Shown: positions 55,942 to 64,000 of the stretch, piece after piece
How positions within the stretch are numbered: the first letter of the stretch is position 1
How the letters are laid out: the number at the start of each line of letters is the position of its first letter
Sequence record: PQ368571
Reading direction: 5' to 3' (one strand)
Source: Escherichia phage ELT3
DNA length: 64,000 nucleotides
Program-made: the position numbers and the translations under genes
The notes under the pieces: model-generated
What the model was told of the DNA's origin: nothing
Seen by the model: the letters and a program-made list of their open reading frames with translations, nothing else
Database searches by the model: none

Positions 55942-56133
55942 ATGTATTACATCAAACAGAACAAATACCCAGACGAGATCGATACTATTTCGGCATCGTT
56001 GCATCACTATTCTAATACTCATGTATTGGAATCTCGCAATGGTTATCTGGTTGATGACAATCAACTATTTCAATTAATTAAATTCGGATTTTCGATGGGA
56101 GTGGCTTTATATGGCTTTCACAGTATCAATTAA
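55942..56133 (+). CDS. small ORF resembling a fragment of the Hoc C-terminal domain (possible remnant)
   Basis: ESRNGYLVDDNQLFQL versus Hoc ESRNGFMYHSKDLHKL; N-terminal MYYIK echoes the YYIK at the end of the preceding ORF. Confidence 0.3.
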   Translation: MYYIKQNKYPDEIDTISASLHHYSNTHVLESRNGYLVDDNQLFQLIKFGFSMGVALYGFHSIN

Positions 56134-57325
56134 ATCTAACAAAAGATGTTTTCTTGCTGGAGATGGTTTCACCTTAACGGCGACTTTAGCGGGTGACGAC
56201 CCATTACCCAGCAATTTGACATATACATGGACAAAAGACGGCCAACCGCATGAAAATAACACAGCTACGCTAACTGTAGAAGGCGCAACAAGTGAAAATG
56301 CGGGTAGCTATAAAGTAACGGTACAAGATACCGATACGATGGCATCAGTAGAATCTGAAGTTTTCCTCATGGAAGAAGCGGAATTAATCGTAAATATCAC
56401 CGAACCGCCGCATTTCTACGTATCATCACAAAAAGACGTAGAATTACATGCAACAGTAAATTTTTCGGGTGGGAAGACTCCAGCAGACAACTATGAACTA
56501 CATTATAGTTGGAGTAAGGGCGAAGAAGTTATAGACACAAAACAGAATACTACAATCAAAAAATTTACAGCAGATAAAAACGGCGTGTATACTGTAAAAG
56601 TGTGGGGTGAGTCGGAAAATTCAGCCGATAGCGCATCGACTAAAATCATGCTGGCAACAATGAACGTAGATCAGGATGTGGTGGAATCAAAGACCGTGGC
56701 ACTAGGTAATGAGATCTTACTTAATTATGTTGTATCAGAGGACATTGTAGGCGATTCTAGCGGTATGCCTGAATTGACGATCAAACATAACTGGTATTTG
56801 CAGCGCGAAGGGCAACCGTCACCGACTCTAATCGGTAGTGAGGACGGCGAAGCACTGGAAGGATTTTCTATCATGCCAGACGGTCATCTGTTCAAAGAGA
56901 GTGCTACTTACGATGACACAGCCAAATTCTGGTGTGTTGCTAAACTATATCAACAGATCGAAGATGAAACAGTAGAAGTTGCAGCAAGTACAAGCAGAAA
57001 ATGTTCCATTGAAGTTGTTAAAATGTTTCGTTACGTACACCCGATCCCGTGGCGCAAAACTTCATTTATCTACATTGGATGGTGGGTATTTGACGAGATT
57101 GTTAAATTCAATGAGGCTGGGTTAGAGTGGCGTGACCGAGAAGTTTATTCTACCAGCAAGTACGCCAAAGATCTGGAGACGATCGCGGCAGCGGAAGAAA
57201 AATATAGTGATTGCACTTGCATGGAATCTCGCAATGGTTTCATGTATCATTCCAAAGATTTACATAAACTGGACCGAGATACGTTAGAGCGAGTTCTATG
57301 CATTCGTGAAACGCATCCTGCTTAA
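56111..57325 (+). CDS. hoc: highly immunogenic outer capsid protein Hoc (Ig-like repeats plus capsid-binding C-terminal domain)
   Basis: 404 aa; repeated Ig-like segments (TYTW, YSW) and C-terminal similarity to T4 Hoc as recalled (HP.P.R...YI.GWWV.DEI, ESRNG). Confidence 0.8.
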   Translation: MAFTVSIKSNKRCFLAGDGFTLTATLAGDDPLPSNLTYTWTKDGQPHENNTATLTVEGATSENAGSYKVTVQDTDTMASVESEVFLMEEAELIVNITEPPHFYVSSQKDVELHATVNFSGGKTPADNYELHYSWSKGEEVIDTKQNTTIKKFTADKNGVYTVKVWGESENSADSASTKIMLATMNVDQDVVESKTVALGNEILLNYVVSEDIVGDSSGMPELTIKHNWYLQREGQPSPTLIGSEDGEALEGFSIMPDGHLFKESATYDDTAKFWCVAKLYQQIEDETVEVAASTSRKCSIEVVKMFRYVHPIPWRKTSFIYIGWWVFDEIVKFNEAGLEWRDREVYSTSKYAKDLETIAAAEEKYSDCTCMESRNGFMYHSKDLHKLDRDTLERVLCIRETHPA

Positions 57326-57336
57326 TGAAATCTATC

Positions 57337-57362
57337 AGCCATCCTTCGGGGTGGCTTTTTTG
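57337..57362 (+). terminator. Intrinsic terminator after hoc
   Basis: agccatccttcggggtggct followed by tttttt. Confidence 0.7.
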
Positions 57363-57372
57363 TTTTTAGTGC

Positions 57373-57400
57373 TTGACAGAGCGATTTAGATGCCTATAAT
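57373..57400 (+). promoter_or_regulatory. Sigma70-like promoter (TTGACA-N16-TATAAT)
   Basis: -35 at 57373, -10 at 57395. Confidence 0.5.
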
Positions 57401-57526
57401 GGCACGCATCGACATGCTACTGTCATCGTGAGGCGAAGAAAATATTATGAATATGGGGTTGAAAATGGCGTTGATAACTGTTACTGTCCTATTCGTTGTT
57501 GTGTTTATGAATGTATGAGGTGAAGT

Positions 57527-57724
57527 ATGAATGAGATTGTACGATTGATCAAAGAAGCACCAATCGAGATGTATTTTCTGGCTTTGGTTGCAACAATGGT
57601 CTATCAGCTAGTCGCATGTCATGTGTGGAAGTCGGAAAATGCGTTTATCCGGTTTATTGGCACTATCATGATCCAGTTTCCGGTGCTGATCACTATCCTG
57701 TTAATCGTCAATGGGGCGAAGTGA
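57527..57724 (+). CDS. small hydrophobic (membrane) protein (65 aa)
   Basis: Two hydrophobic stretches; RBS GAGGTGA upstream. Confidence 0.4.
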   Translation: MNEIVRLIKEAPIEMYFLALVATMVYQLVACHVWKSENAFIRFIGTIMIQFPVLITILLIVNGAK

Positions 57725-57999
57725 TGGACAAGAAAACAGCGTTAATGGTTTACATGCTACGCGAAGACCACGGTCTTAATTTTGTTGATATTGCTAAGAA
57801 GATTGGCGGGATCAGCGGACAAGATGCGGCTAAGGCATGGTTGATGGTAAAAGACGCACGCGAGGCTTACGCCAACCGTGAAAAGGTTGTTTATCGTAAA
57901 CACCACATCAACAAAAAATTTAAAAATAAAGTTCAAAAACGTGTTGACATGCCAAATAACACTGTTATAATGGACGCATTCAAACGGGCAATGTCCTGA
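57724..57999 (+). CDS. small basic protein with helix-turn-helix-like segment (91 aa)
   Basis: ATG overlapping upstream stop; LREDHGLNFVDIAKKIGGISGQDAAKAW looks like an HTH. Confidence 0.35.
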   Translation: MDKKTALMVYMLREDHGLNFVDIAKKIGGISGQDAAKAWLMVKDAREAYANREKVVYRKHHINKKFKNKVQKRVDMPNNTVIMDAFKRAMS

Positions 58000-58045
58000 T
58001 TTGTAATTAATATTCTGAATAACTAATCAATAGAGGTGACTAATT

Positions 58046-58483
58046 ATGAAATTCCGTAAAAACCACGTAGCAATGAAAAAGGCAATGTTTGAAGCATTCA
58101 AAGCAGTTGATCAGGGCGGTGTTACTCTGATTGAGCAAATTAATGTTGATGTTTGGCAATCTCCGGCGATCACCTGCTCCCGTCTTGCTACGGCTGGCCT
58201 TCTGAAAGTTCACAGCTCTACCGCATACGACGAAGCATTGCAAGTTATTAAGGCTTTTGCTGGAGACGTTACCAGCAAGTGGGTCTATGAGAATAAAGGT
58301 GAAATTGCGGTTGCTCACGTAGGCAACAATATCCAGATGGAAATCAAGATTAAGGAAGGGTCTAAACGCAATCAGATGCTTGTTCGCTTCCAGCCATACA
58401 AAACTAACGTAGTGCCGGATGATCTGATCATCTCTAAGAGTAATGTTACCATTCGCCGAAATCAGATCGTTATCAACAAATAA
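58046..58483 (+). CDS. hypothetical protein (145 aa)
   Basis: ORF with RBS GAGGTGA; terminator downstream. Confidence 0.5.
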   Translation: MKFRKNHVAMKKAMFEAFKAVDQGGVTLIEQINVDVWQSPAITCSRLATAGLLKVHSSTAYDEALQVIKAFAGDVTSKWVYENKGEIAVAHVGNNIQMEIKIKEGSKRNQMLVRFQPYKTNVVPDDLIISKSNVTIRRNQIVINK

Positions 58484-58491
58484 TTAACATT

Positions 58492-58516
58492 AGCCGTCCT
58501 TCGGGGCGGCTTTTTT
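58492..58516 (+). terminator. Intrinsic terminator
   Basis: agccgtccttcggggcggct followed by tttttt. Confidence 0.7.
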
Positions 58517-58540
58517 GTATCTGTTATCAACATAATTTTA

Positions 58541-58750
58541 GTTTACATGTGCACAATATTAATACTGTTTGATTAAATTATGATCAAAACGAAGAAAGAT
58601 CTTTAGAACATAGAAAATGTATCTTTGGTTAATTATTAATCACTACATATTGTAACACAAATGTTATACTCCGTAGGAGTTCGCGAAGCGATATCCTTTT
58701 GTGTAGTTTTTACATGTATGATTAAATTATGATCAAAACGAAGACTTATC
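58541..58750. repeat. AT-rich non-coding region with two copies of a direct repeat (25-nt core gattaaattatgatcaaaacgaaga at 58571..58595 and 58720..58744)
   Basis: Exact 25-nt repeat, each preceded by a tacatgt motif, 149 nt apart. Confidence 0.6.
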
Positions 58751-58897
58751 TTATAGAATAATAAAAATTTGTTTCGAACATTTATTAGTCAATTGCTGGA
58801 AGTGTTTTTATTGCTCGCTGTGCTCGCTTCCGCTACGCGGATACTTGTATTTGTTATTAACTTGTAGTATGATACTGCTTTCTATGGAGGAAATATT

Positions 58898-59485
58898 ATG
58901 TTTGACCAGTTACAAGATCTATTTGGAGTAAAACCACTTCGTAGATGTGCTTTAATAGGCTCTAGAAAAGCGCCTAGCGACATTTTGATAATGGCTAGTA
59001 CCATTGGGAGGGTATTGTCAGAAAATCGCGTTGTAGCGCATTCTGGAGGGGCTTACGGTATGGACAATGCTTTCATGAAGTATTACGATCCAGATTATAG
59101 AAAAATTTTCATTCCAAATTGGAAGTTTTATGACCACAAGCATAACGGTCATGATGTGATTGCATGGCAAACCTTAGAACAAAAAAATCTGGCGATGGAT
59201 GAATTAGAACATGTTTATGATAATCCTCGTTCTATACCGTTATACATGCAAAATCTGTTTTCTAGAAATGTTGCTCAAGTCTTAGGTGAGACACTTGATG
59301 ATCCTGTAGATTGTGTGATATTCTGGGCGAAAGAAGTTAATGGAATCGTTTCGGGAGGAACTAGAATTGCTGTTTATGTTGCCCGTAGACATGGGATACC
59401 ATGTTTTAACTTATATCATCAAGAAAATAGATCCGCCGTCGAAAAAATCTTGGGCGGATCTGACTTGTCTTGGTTAGATATTTAG
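58898..59485 (+). CDS. DprA/Smf-like (SLOG-type Rossmann fold) protein
   Basis: ALIGSRKAP, HSGGAYGMD and GTRIAVYVARRHGIPCF resemble DprA Rossmann-domain motifs; located where T4 has rnlB. Confidence 0.4.
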   Translation: MFDQLQDLFGVKPLRRCALIGSRKAPSDILIMASTIGRVLSENRVVAHSGGAYGMDNAFMKYYDPDYRKIFIPNWKFYDHKHNGHDVIAWQTLEQKNLAMDELEHVYDNPRSIPLYMQNLFSRNVAQVLGETLDDPVDCVIFWAKEVNGIVSGGTRIAVYVARRHGIPCFNLYHQENRSAVEKILGGSDLSWLDI

Positions 59486-60727
59486 TTAAGCGTTGTCAAT
59501 CTCAAGCGGTGGCAGTTCGATTCCTAAAATGTAGGACATTTCTGAACGTCCAGCCATTTTACCCCAATCGTCACCCTTGATGACCTGGTGTTCTTCCTGA
59601 TCAACTTTTGATGTATATGGGTTGACAGAGAGTGAATAACGATTCATAATAGCTACATGATGCTGGAAGCTATTAGGGTCAATTACGCTCTTATACGCGC
59701 CAGCGCCGTCGGCTTCTGTATATGGAGAGTAGAACAGAGAACCTACACTCTCCATATCACCGATCATGTGCTTACAACCAACGAGCATATAATCGAAAGG
59801 TGTTGTCGTGTCTGCGTACACTTCCAGACCGCAACGTAGACGACCTTCGCTTAGAGCATTGTCGGTTTCTTCCATCCATCCGGTAGATTGCAGGAGGCCA
59901 ACAACGCGAGAAGACGCCAAAACGTATGTACCAGCAAAGGAGGAAGTCCGCAACATTTGATTGCTCATTTCGCAAGCATAGCGGTAAAGTTCACGCGCTT
60001 GTGTTGGTGCATCCTGAACGCTAACGAGAGAAAGTACGCCATCAGGGGTGATCCCTTTAATTTTATAGCGAGATGATACAGTGATCAACTTCTGAATAAT
60101 ATCTTTGTTGATCTCTTCGGAAGCAACAGTAGCCAGAAGATCAATTACAGAGTTTTCAGAGTTGATTTGGCTTGCCTCAAGATCCTGCATCAATTCGGTC
60201 GTGAATGAGGTTTTCAGTTTACGAGAACCTACATTAACCTGCCATTTATCAAACTGCATAGAGGTAGACGAAATTTCGGTGTTTTTATCTTCAAAGTATT
60301 CTACCGATGCACAATCGCTATAGAAACGAATTTTGTTTGTCATTACGCCTTTAAAGATTGCAGCTTCTGGAGTTTCGGCATCTTCACCGACTGTACCAGC
60401 GGTCACAACTTCGTATACAACATCGTCTGATTTGAACAGTGCGCCTTCGTCATAAGATTTTTCTTTTGAAAACTCTTCAATCTCTGTGCGATCACCAGCC
60501 GCGCCACCGTAGGTTGTAGCAGTTCGGAAAGTCATCTGACCATCACGATTAAGATAACGTAGGCCGTACAATGCAGATACTGGTTGATCCGTTGGCTGGA
60601 TTGCTACCAGATCAGAGAAAATCAGGTTGTTTACCGCGCGAGTTAATGATAATAGTTGCGGTCGCGCTGTCTGGTTAGCTACTGAGGAAGTAGATTCCCG
60701 CAACAGTTCAGTAAAAATATGAGTCAT
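59486..60727 (-). CDS. 24: capsid vertex protein gp24
   Basis: Similarity to T4 gp24 as recalled (ELLRESTS, NKWQ..V.SRKLKT, ITVS.RYK..GIT, C-terminal SANPYT); start set at the ATG matching the T4 N-terminus, downstream of the late promoter. Confidence 0.88.
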   Translation of the reverse strand: MTHIFTELLRESTSSVANQTARPQLLSLTRAVNNLIFSDLVAIQPTDQPVSALYGLRYLNRDGQMTFRTATTYGGAAGDRTEIEEFSKEKSYDEGALFKSDDVVYEVVTAGTVGEDAETPEAAIFKGVMTNKIRFYSDCASVEYFEDKNTEISSTSMQFDKWQVNVGSRKLKTSFTTELMQDLEASQINSENSVIDLLATVASEEINKDIIQKLITVSSRYKIKGITPDGVLSLVSVQDAPTQARELYRYACEMSNQMLRTSSFAGTYVLASSRVVGLLQSTGWMEETDNALSEGRLRCGLEVYADTTTPFDYMLVGCKHMIGDMESVGSLFYSPYTEADGAGAYKSVIDPNSFQHHVAIMNRYSLSVNPYTSKVDQEEHQVIKGDDWGKMAGRSEMSYILGIELPPLEIDNA

Positions 60728-60764
60728 GTTTATGAATCCTGTATTTGCCTTAATGGATATATCA

Positions 60765-60772
60765 TATTTATA
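60765..60772 (-). promoter_or_regulatory. T4-type late promoter TATAAATA upstream of gene 24
   Basis: Minus-strand TATAAATA 38 nt upstream of the ATG at 60727. Confidence 0.55.
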
Positions 60773-60801
60773 CAAAAAGAAAAAGGAATCCGAAGGATTC
60801 C
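60773..60801 (-). terminator. Intrinsic terminator between the small ORF and gene 24
   Basis: ggaatccgaaggattcc hairpin followed by a U-run on the minus strand. Confidence 0.5.
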
Positions 60802-60811
60802 AAAAATAAAC

Positions 60812-60964
60812 TTACTTCTTCCTAGAAACATTATCAACGCTACGGTTAACTTTGTTTACCAGATTAATTGCATGATCAGAACGAATAATTGCATAAGCTA
60901 ATGCTAACATCAATTCGTTGTATTCCTTACGAGTCATAACATAGCTGTTTTCTTTCTTACTCAT
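60812..60964 (-). CDS. hypothetical small protein (50 aa)
   Basis: ORF with GGAGG RBS on the minus strand, between genes 23 and 24. Confidence 0.4.
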   Translation of the reverse strand: MSKKENSYVMTRKEYNELMLALAYAIIRSDHAINLVNKVNRSVDNVSRKK

Positions 60965-60996
60965 GCATTCCTCCTTATGGAGAATTTTGGGTTAAT

Positions 60997-61149
60997 TCAG
61001 GGAACAGCGTACCAAAACCAAAAATTACCGCTAGCGTCACGCTGGAATGTCATAAAAAGGTCGGCATACACCAGATCTGTATATCTACCAAATCTATCCG
61101 ACCCAATATCAACATGAACGCTCATTTCATTCATTGGTCCCTTTGCCAT
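60997..61149 (-). CDS. hypothetical small protein (50 aa)
   Basis: Minus-strand ORF between genes 23 and 24; weak evidence. Confidence 0.2.
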   Translation of the reverse strand: MAKGPMNEMSVHVDIGSDRFGRYTDLVYADLFMTFQRDASGNFWFWYAVP

Positions 61150-61348
61150 GCAGTTACTACGAAAATTGGTGGAATTGTTTGTTGTGTTTTAATAAATCCA
61201 GCATCAAAAGAAATCACATATCATAGCCACCGGATTTAGGCTAGCAACCCACCGATGTTCTGCATCTTCCTGTCTTTGTTGTGTGTATCTATTTTCGCTC
61301 ACAATAGAATATAGGCTTGCAACCTTATTTATAACTGGTTATAATACG

Positions 61349-61378
61349 CAAAAAGGGAAGACCCTTTCGAGTCTTCCC
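61349..61378 (-). terminator. Intrinsic terminator downstream of gene 23
   Basis: gggaagactcgaaagggtcttccc hairpin followed by a U-run on the minus strand. Confidence 0.65.
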
Positions 61379-61462
61379 TTTGGAATTAACACTTTACACT
61401 GTCATAAGGTTTATGATAAGTCGGGTATTGCACCCGACCGGAGTTTTCAGGAATGGCTTATA

Positions 61463-63049
61463 TTAGCAACCTTTAACCCATACACGACGGAAGTATGCGT
61501 TTTTACCTACGCTGTCTTTGCTCAACATACCGGAGGTGATGCGAGCGGACGGTGCCTGGGATTTGCTGTCTGCAAACGGGTTAATGCCGATGCCATAGCG
61601 AGTCTTGAAGCCCAGAACCGGGTGGAAAGACTGCGGGTCAGTTGCACGCAGCGGAGTCAGAGCAACATACGGAGCATAGTAGATACCAGCATCCATTTCG
61701 TTGTCGCCTTTGTAACCTACGGTGAAGTAGTCTTGACGAGCATACTGGTCGATGAACACTTTGTACTTACCAGCCAGAACACCAGCGAAAACAGCTTTAG
61801 TGGTGTCGGTATTCAGACCTTTTGCAGCACCCTGCATAGCAAGACTGATACCCTGATCAGCAGAAGCCAGAATGTTTACAACGTTACGGGAAGCGATAAC
61901 AAAGTTACCCGCACCGCGACCAGTCTGACGAGCGATTTCAGCAGCTTCTTTGTCGATCTGGTAGATCAGAGATTTGAAGGATTCACCAGCCCAACGAGCA
62001 CCGCGAGTATCGATCGGGTCTTGCAGGTCAAATACACCAGCTTTAGAACCAACGGTCTGAGTCATACCAGTTTTACCAACCTGAGCGGTAAAGTTGATAA
62101 CGTCAACGATTTCACGGTTGATTTCCAGCAGAACTTCGTTAGCCAGGATAGCATTCAGTTCGGCATCAGCATCCATACCGTGTACAGCACGCAGATCCTG
62201 CGCAACTTCGATAGAATAACGGGCTTTCAGTTGGCGAGATTTCGCTTCAACAACCTGTTTGTCAATACGCATTGACATTTCAGCCCACGGGTTATTGCTG
62301 GAACCGTTAAAGCCTTCCTGAATTTCGGCAATGGAAGTAGCCATACCGAAAGCGATTTCAGCCAATTTACCTTCTTCAATCAGCTTCATTACTACTTCAT
62401 CTTCGGATTCGCTACCTACTTTCTGTGGTGTTACAGAATCACCAGTTACGTTTTGCAGATAAGCAATACCAGTTTCTGCGAAGGTGTGATATACGATATC
62501 ACCAGCAGCGATAGCCTGGGAAAGAGTTAGTTTAGCGAATGCAGTACCAGTTGGTGAACCTACAGTTGCCTCTTTAGCAGCAAGAGAGCTATGGAACGCA
62601 TCAGGTGCATACATCGGATGGAATGCTTCGCGAGCACCAGATTTCAGCGGATCGCCACCGTATACAGAACGGATTGCAAAGATCTGGCTAGTCGGAGTGC
62701 TCATCGGCTGAACACCACAAATATCAAATGCAATCAGGTTAGGGATAGCACGGCGAACCATACCGATAACAGCCGGACCTACGTTGGTGATTGCACCGGT
62801 AGTCTGACCAGCCGCGATATTAGATGCGTCATAACCGTGGTCGCCAGCAACTTCGGCTTCTGCGATAAAGCCACCGAATGCTTCAACAACTTTTTCATCC
62901 TTATAGATCGGGTCTACAGCAAAATCCGCTTCCTGAGATTCCAGAATTTTAGCAACCAGTTTCTGCTTAGACGCAGTTGCGATTTCCGGCAGTTTTTCGT
63001 TCTCCAGCAGCGGGGACCATTTTTCCATCAGTTCTTTGGTAGTTTTCAT
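61463..63049 (-). CDS. 23: major capsid protein gp23
   Basis: 528 aa; very strong similarity to T4 gp23 as recalled (GPAVIGMVRRAIPNLIAFDICGVQPM, DKQVVEAKSRQLKA.YSIE.AQDLRAVHGMDADAEL, ASRNVVN.LAS, YFTVGYKG.NEMDAGIYYAPYVALTPLR, GIGINPFA). Confidence 0.95.
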   Translation of the reverse strand: MKTTKELMEKWSPLLENEKLPEIATASKQKLVAKILESQEADFAVDPIYKDEKVVEAFGGFIAEAEVAGDHGYDASNIAAGQTTGAITNVGPAVIGMVRRAIPNLIAFDICGVQPMSTPTSQIFAIRSVYGGDPLKSGAREAFHPMYAPDAFHSSLAAKEATVGSPTGTAFAKLTLSQAIAAGDIVYHTFAETGIAYLQNVTGDSVTPQKVGSESEDEVVMKLIEEGKLAEIAFGMATSIAEIQEGFNGSSNNPWAEMSMRIDKQVVEAKSRQLKARYSIEVAQDLRAVHGMDADAELNAILANEVLLEINREIVDVINFTAQVGKTGMTQTVGSKAGVFDLQDPIDTRGARWAGESFKSLIYQIDKEAAEIARQTGRGAGNFVIASRNVVNILASADQGISLAMQGAAKGLNTDTTKAVFAGVLAGKYKVFIDQYARQDYFTVGYKGDNEMDAGIYYAPYVALTPLRATDPQSFHPVLGFKTRYGIGINPFADSKSQAPSARITSGMLSKDSVGKNAYFRRVWVKGC

Positions 63050-63082
63050 GTTCTTTAAACCTTGTTTGTTGTTAACCTAAAG

Positions 63083-63090
63083 TATTTATA
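63083..63090 (-). promoter_or_regulatory. T4-type late promoter TATAAATA upstream of gene 23
   Basis: Minus-strand TATAAATA about 34 nt upstream of the ATG at 63049. Confidence 0.65.
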
Positions 63091-63108
63091 AAGTAGATTT
63101 GAATTACA

Positions 63109-63903
63109 TTAGATGAAATTCAGGTAGCGGGATACGCCGGAATCTACAGTTGCCTTTTTATCTGATTTTTCGACATTTTCTGCAATAACATTCAGCTTGT
63201 CGGCATCAGTATTTAGTGATTCTTCAATCTTCGATTGTTTGTCTTCTTTCTTAGCAACCATTTCGACAATTGCAGTTAATTTCTTATCGAAAGTTTCGCT
63301 ATATTCCAGACCTTCAATCAGCGCGGTTACTTTTTCTTTCTGAGTATCGGAAAGATCACGAGTGCTTTCATTGATCGCTTGTTCGCGCTTCATGCCACGA
63401 ATTTCGCTTTCAAGTTGCAGTTTGGCATCAAAGAGTTCGGAGGTTTTTTCTTTTTCTTCTTTGAGTGCTTCGTCAAGTTCAGCAACAACGTCTACAGATT
63501 CTTCCGGTACTACAACATTGTGAGTAACGAAAACATCTTTCAGAGAACCAATCAGGGATTCGCACAGATCCGCTTTAATATTACGGGTGACGGCTTCTTT
63601 ATTTTCTGCCAGCCATTTAGCGCCTAAGTGATTCAGGAATTTATCTGCATCTTCGTACAGTTTGGTTTCAATCTCGGTGCGTGCTTCTTCGACCTTTGAT
63701 TCTACCAGTTCATCGGCTTTAGCGGCGATTTTTTCAATGTGGCTTTCTGCCAGAGCAACAGCATTAGCTTTTACCGCCTGAGCGTAGATAGCACCAAAAT
63801 TTTCTTTTACTTCCGGCGACAGTTCGACGGATTCAAACAGGTCATCGAGAGCAACGTCTACGGTGATCTGTTTTGCTTCTTCGAGCAGCATTTCTTTAAG
63901 CAT
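63109..63903 (-). CDS. 22: prohead core scaffold protein gp22
   Basis: 264 aa; similarity to T4 gp22 as recalled (HNVVVPEESVDVVAE, ALIEGLEYS, LTAIVEMV); highly charged. Confidence 0.85.
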   Translation of the reverse strand: MLKEMLLEEAKQITVDVALDDLFESVELSPEVKENFGAIYAQAVKANAVALAESHIEKIAAKADELVESKVEEARTEIETKLYEDADKFLNHLGAKWLAENKEAVTRNIKADLCESLIGSLKDVFVTHNVVVPEESVDVVAELDEALKEEKEKTSELFDAKLQLESEIRGMKREQAINESTRDLSDTQKEKVTALIEGLEYSETFDKKLTAIVEMVAKKEDKQSKIEESLNTDADKLNVIAENVEKSDKKATVDSGVSRYLNFI

Positions 63904-63934
63904 GGTTATAACCTTCTTGTTGATAACGACGTTA

Positions 63935-64000
63935 TTATTTATAGCGTTTAGATAACGCTTCTGCGAGCGCCATAAACGCGCTATTATTCGATTCTACGAT
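63935..64000 (-). CDS. 21: prohead protease gp21, 3' end only (gene continues beyond the window)
   Basis: Open frame running off the window edge, ending 31 nt upstream of gene 22; assigned by synteny. Confidence 0.4.
   Translation of the reverse strand: MVESNNSAFMALAEALSKRYK

Noticed and set aside
58517-58897. Possible tRNA gene in the AT-rich intergenic region
   Set aside because: No convincing cloverleaf (acceptor stem, T-loop GTTC, anticodon arm) could be traced by eye; recorded as a repeat region only.
60765-60775. Gene 24 start at 60775 as given in the ORF track
   Set aside because: That position is a TTG and the track's N-terminal extension contains the TATAAATA late promoter; the ATG at 60727 matches the T4 gp24 N-terminus, so the gene was trimmed.
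61283-62275. 330-aa plus-strand ORF
   Set aside because: Lies entirely antisense to the clearly identified major capsid gene 23; low-complexity translation.

Overview
This window is a contiguous segment of a T4-like (Tevenvirinae-type) myovirus genome, with gene content and order matching T4 from holin t through the long-tail-fiber genes, the DNA-metabolism block, the baseplate hub genes and the head genes. Assignments rest on my reading of the translated ORFs against remembered T4 protein sequences, motifs and synteny; no database search was run. Recognised genes, in window order: t, 37, 36, 35, 34 (minus strand); rnh, dsbA, 33, 59, 32, frd, td, nrdA, nrdB, rnlA, a spanin pair, pseT, cd, 31, 30 (DNA ligase), alt (plus strand); 54, 48, 29, 28, 27, 51 (minus); 26, 25, uvsY (plus); uvsW.1, uvsW (minus); hoc (plus); 24, 23, 22 and the 3' end of 21 (minus). 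Notable departures from T4: no gene 38 and a gp37 ending in an intramolecular-chaperone-like domain; td without an intron but with a ~115-aa insertion; no alc, denA or rnlB at their syntenic positions. Plus-strand early regions are packed with small ORFs, many in paralogous families, each driven by a conserved promoter/stem-loop/leader cassette that resembles the PeSL elements reported in RB49-like phages. Accessory candidates include a four-gene operon (m5C-methyltransferase-like core, zinc ribbon, DUF262), a NADAR-like protein, a CYTH-like protein, a second ADP-ribosyltransferase, an HNH endonuclease and a DprA/SLOG-like protein. No tRNA, rRNA or CRISPR array was detected by eye.
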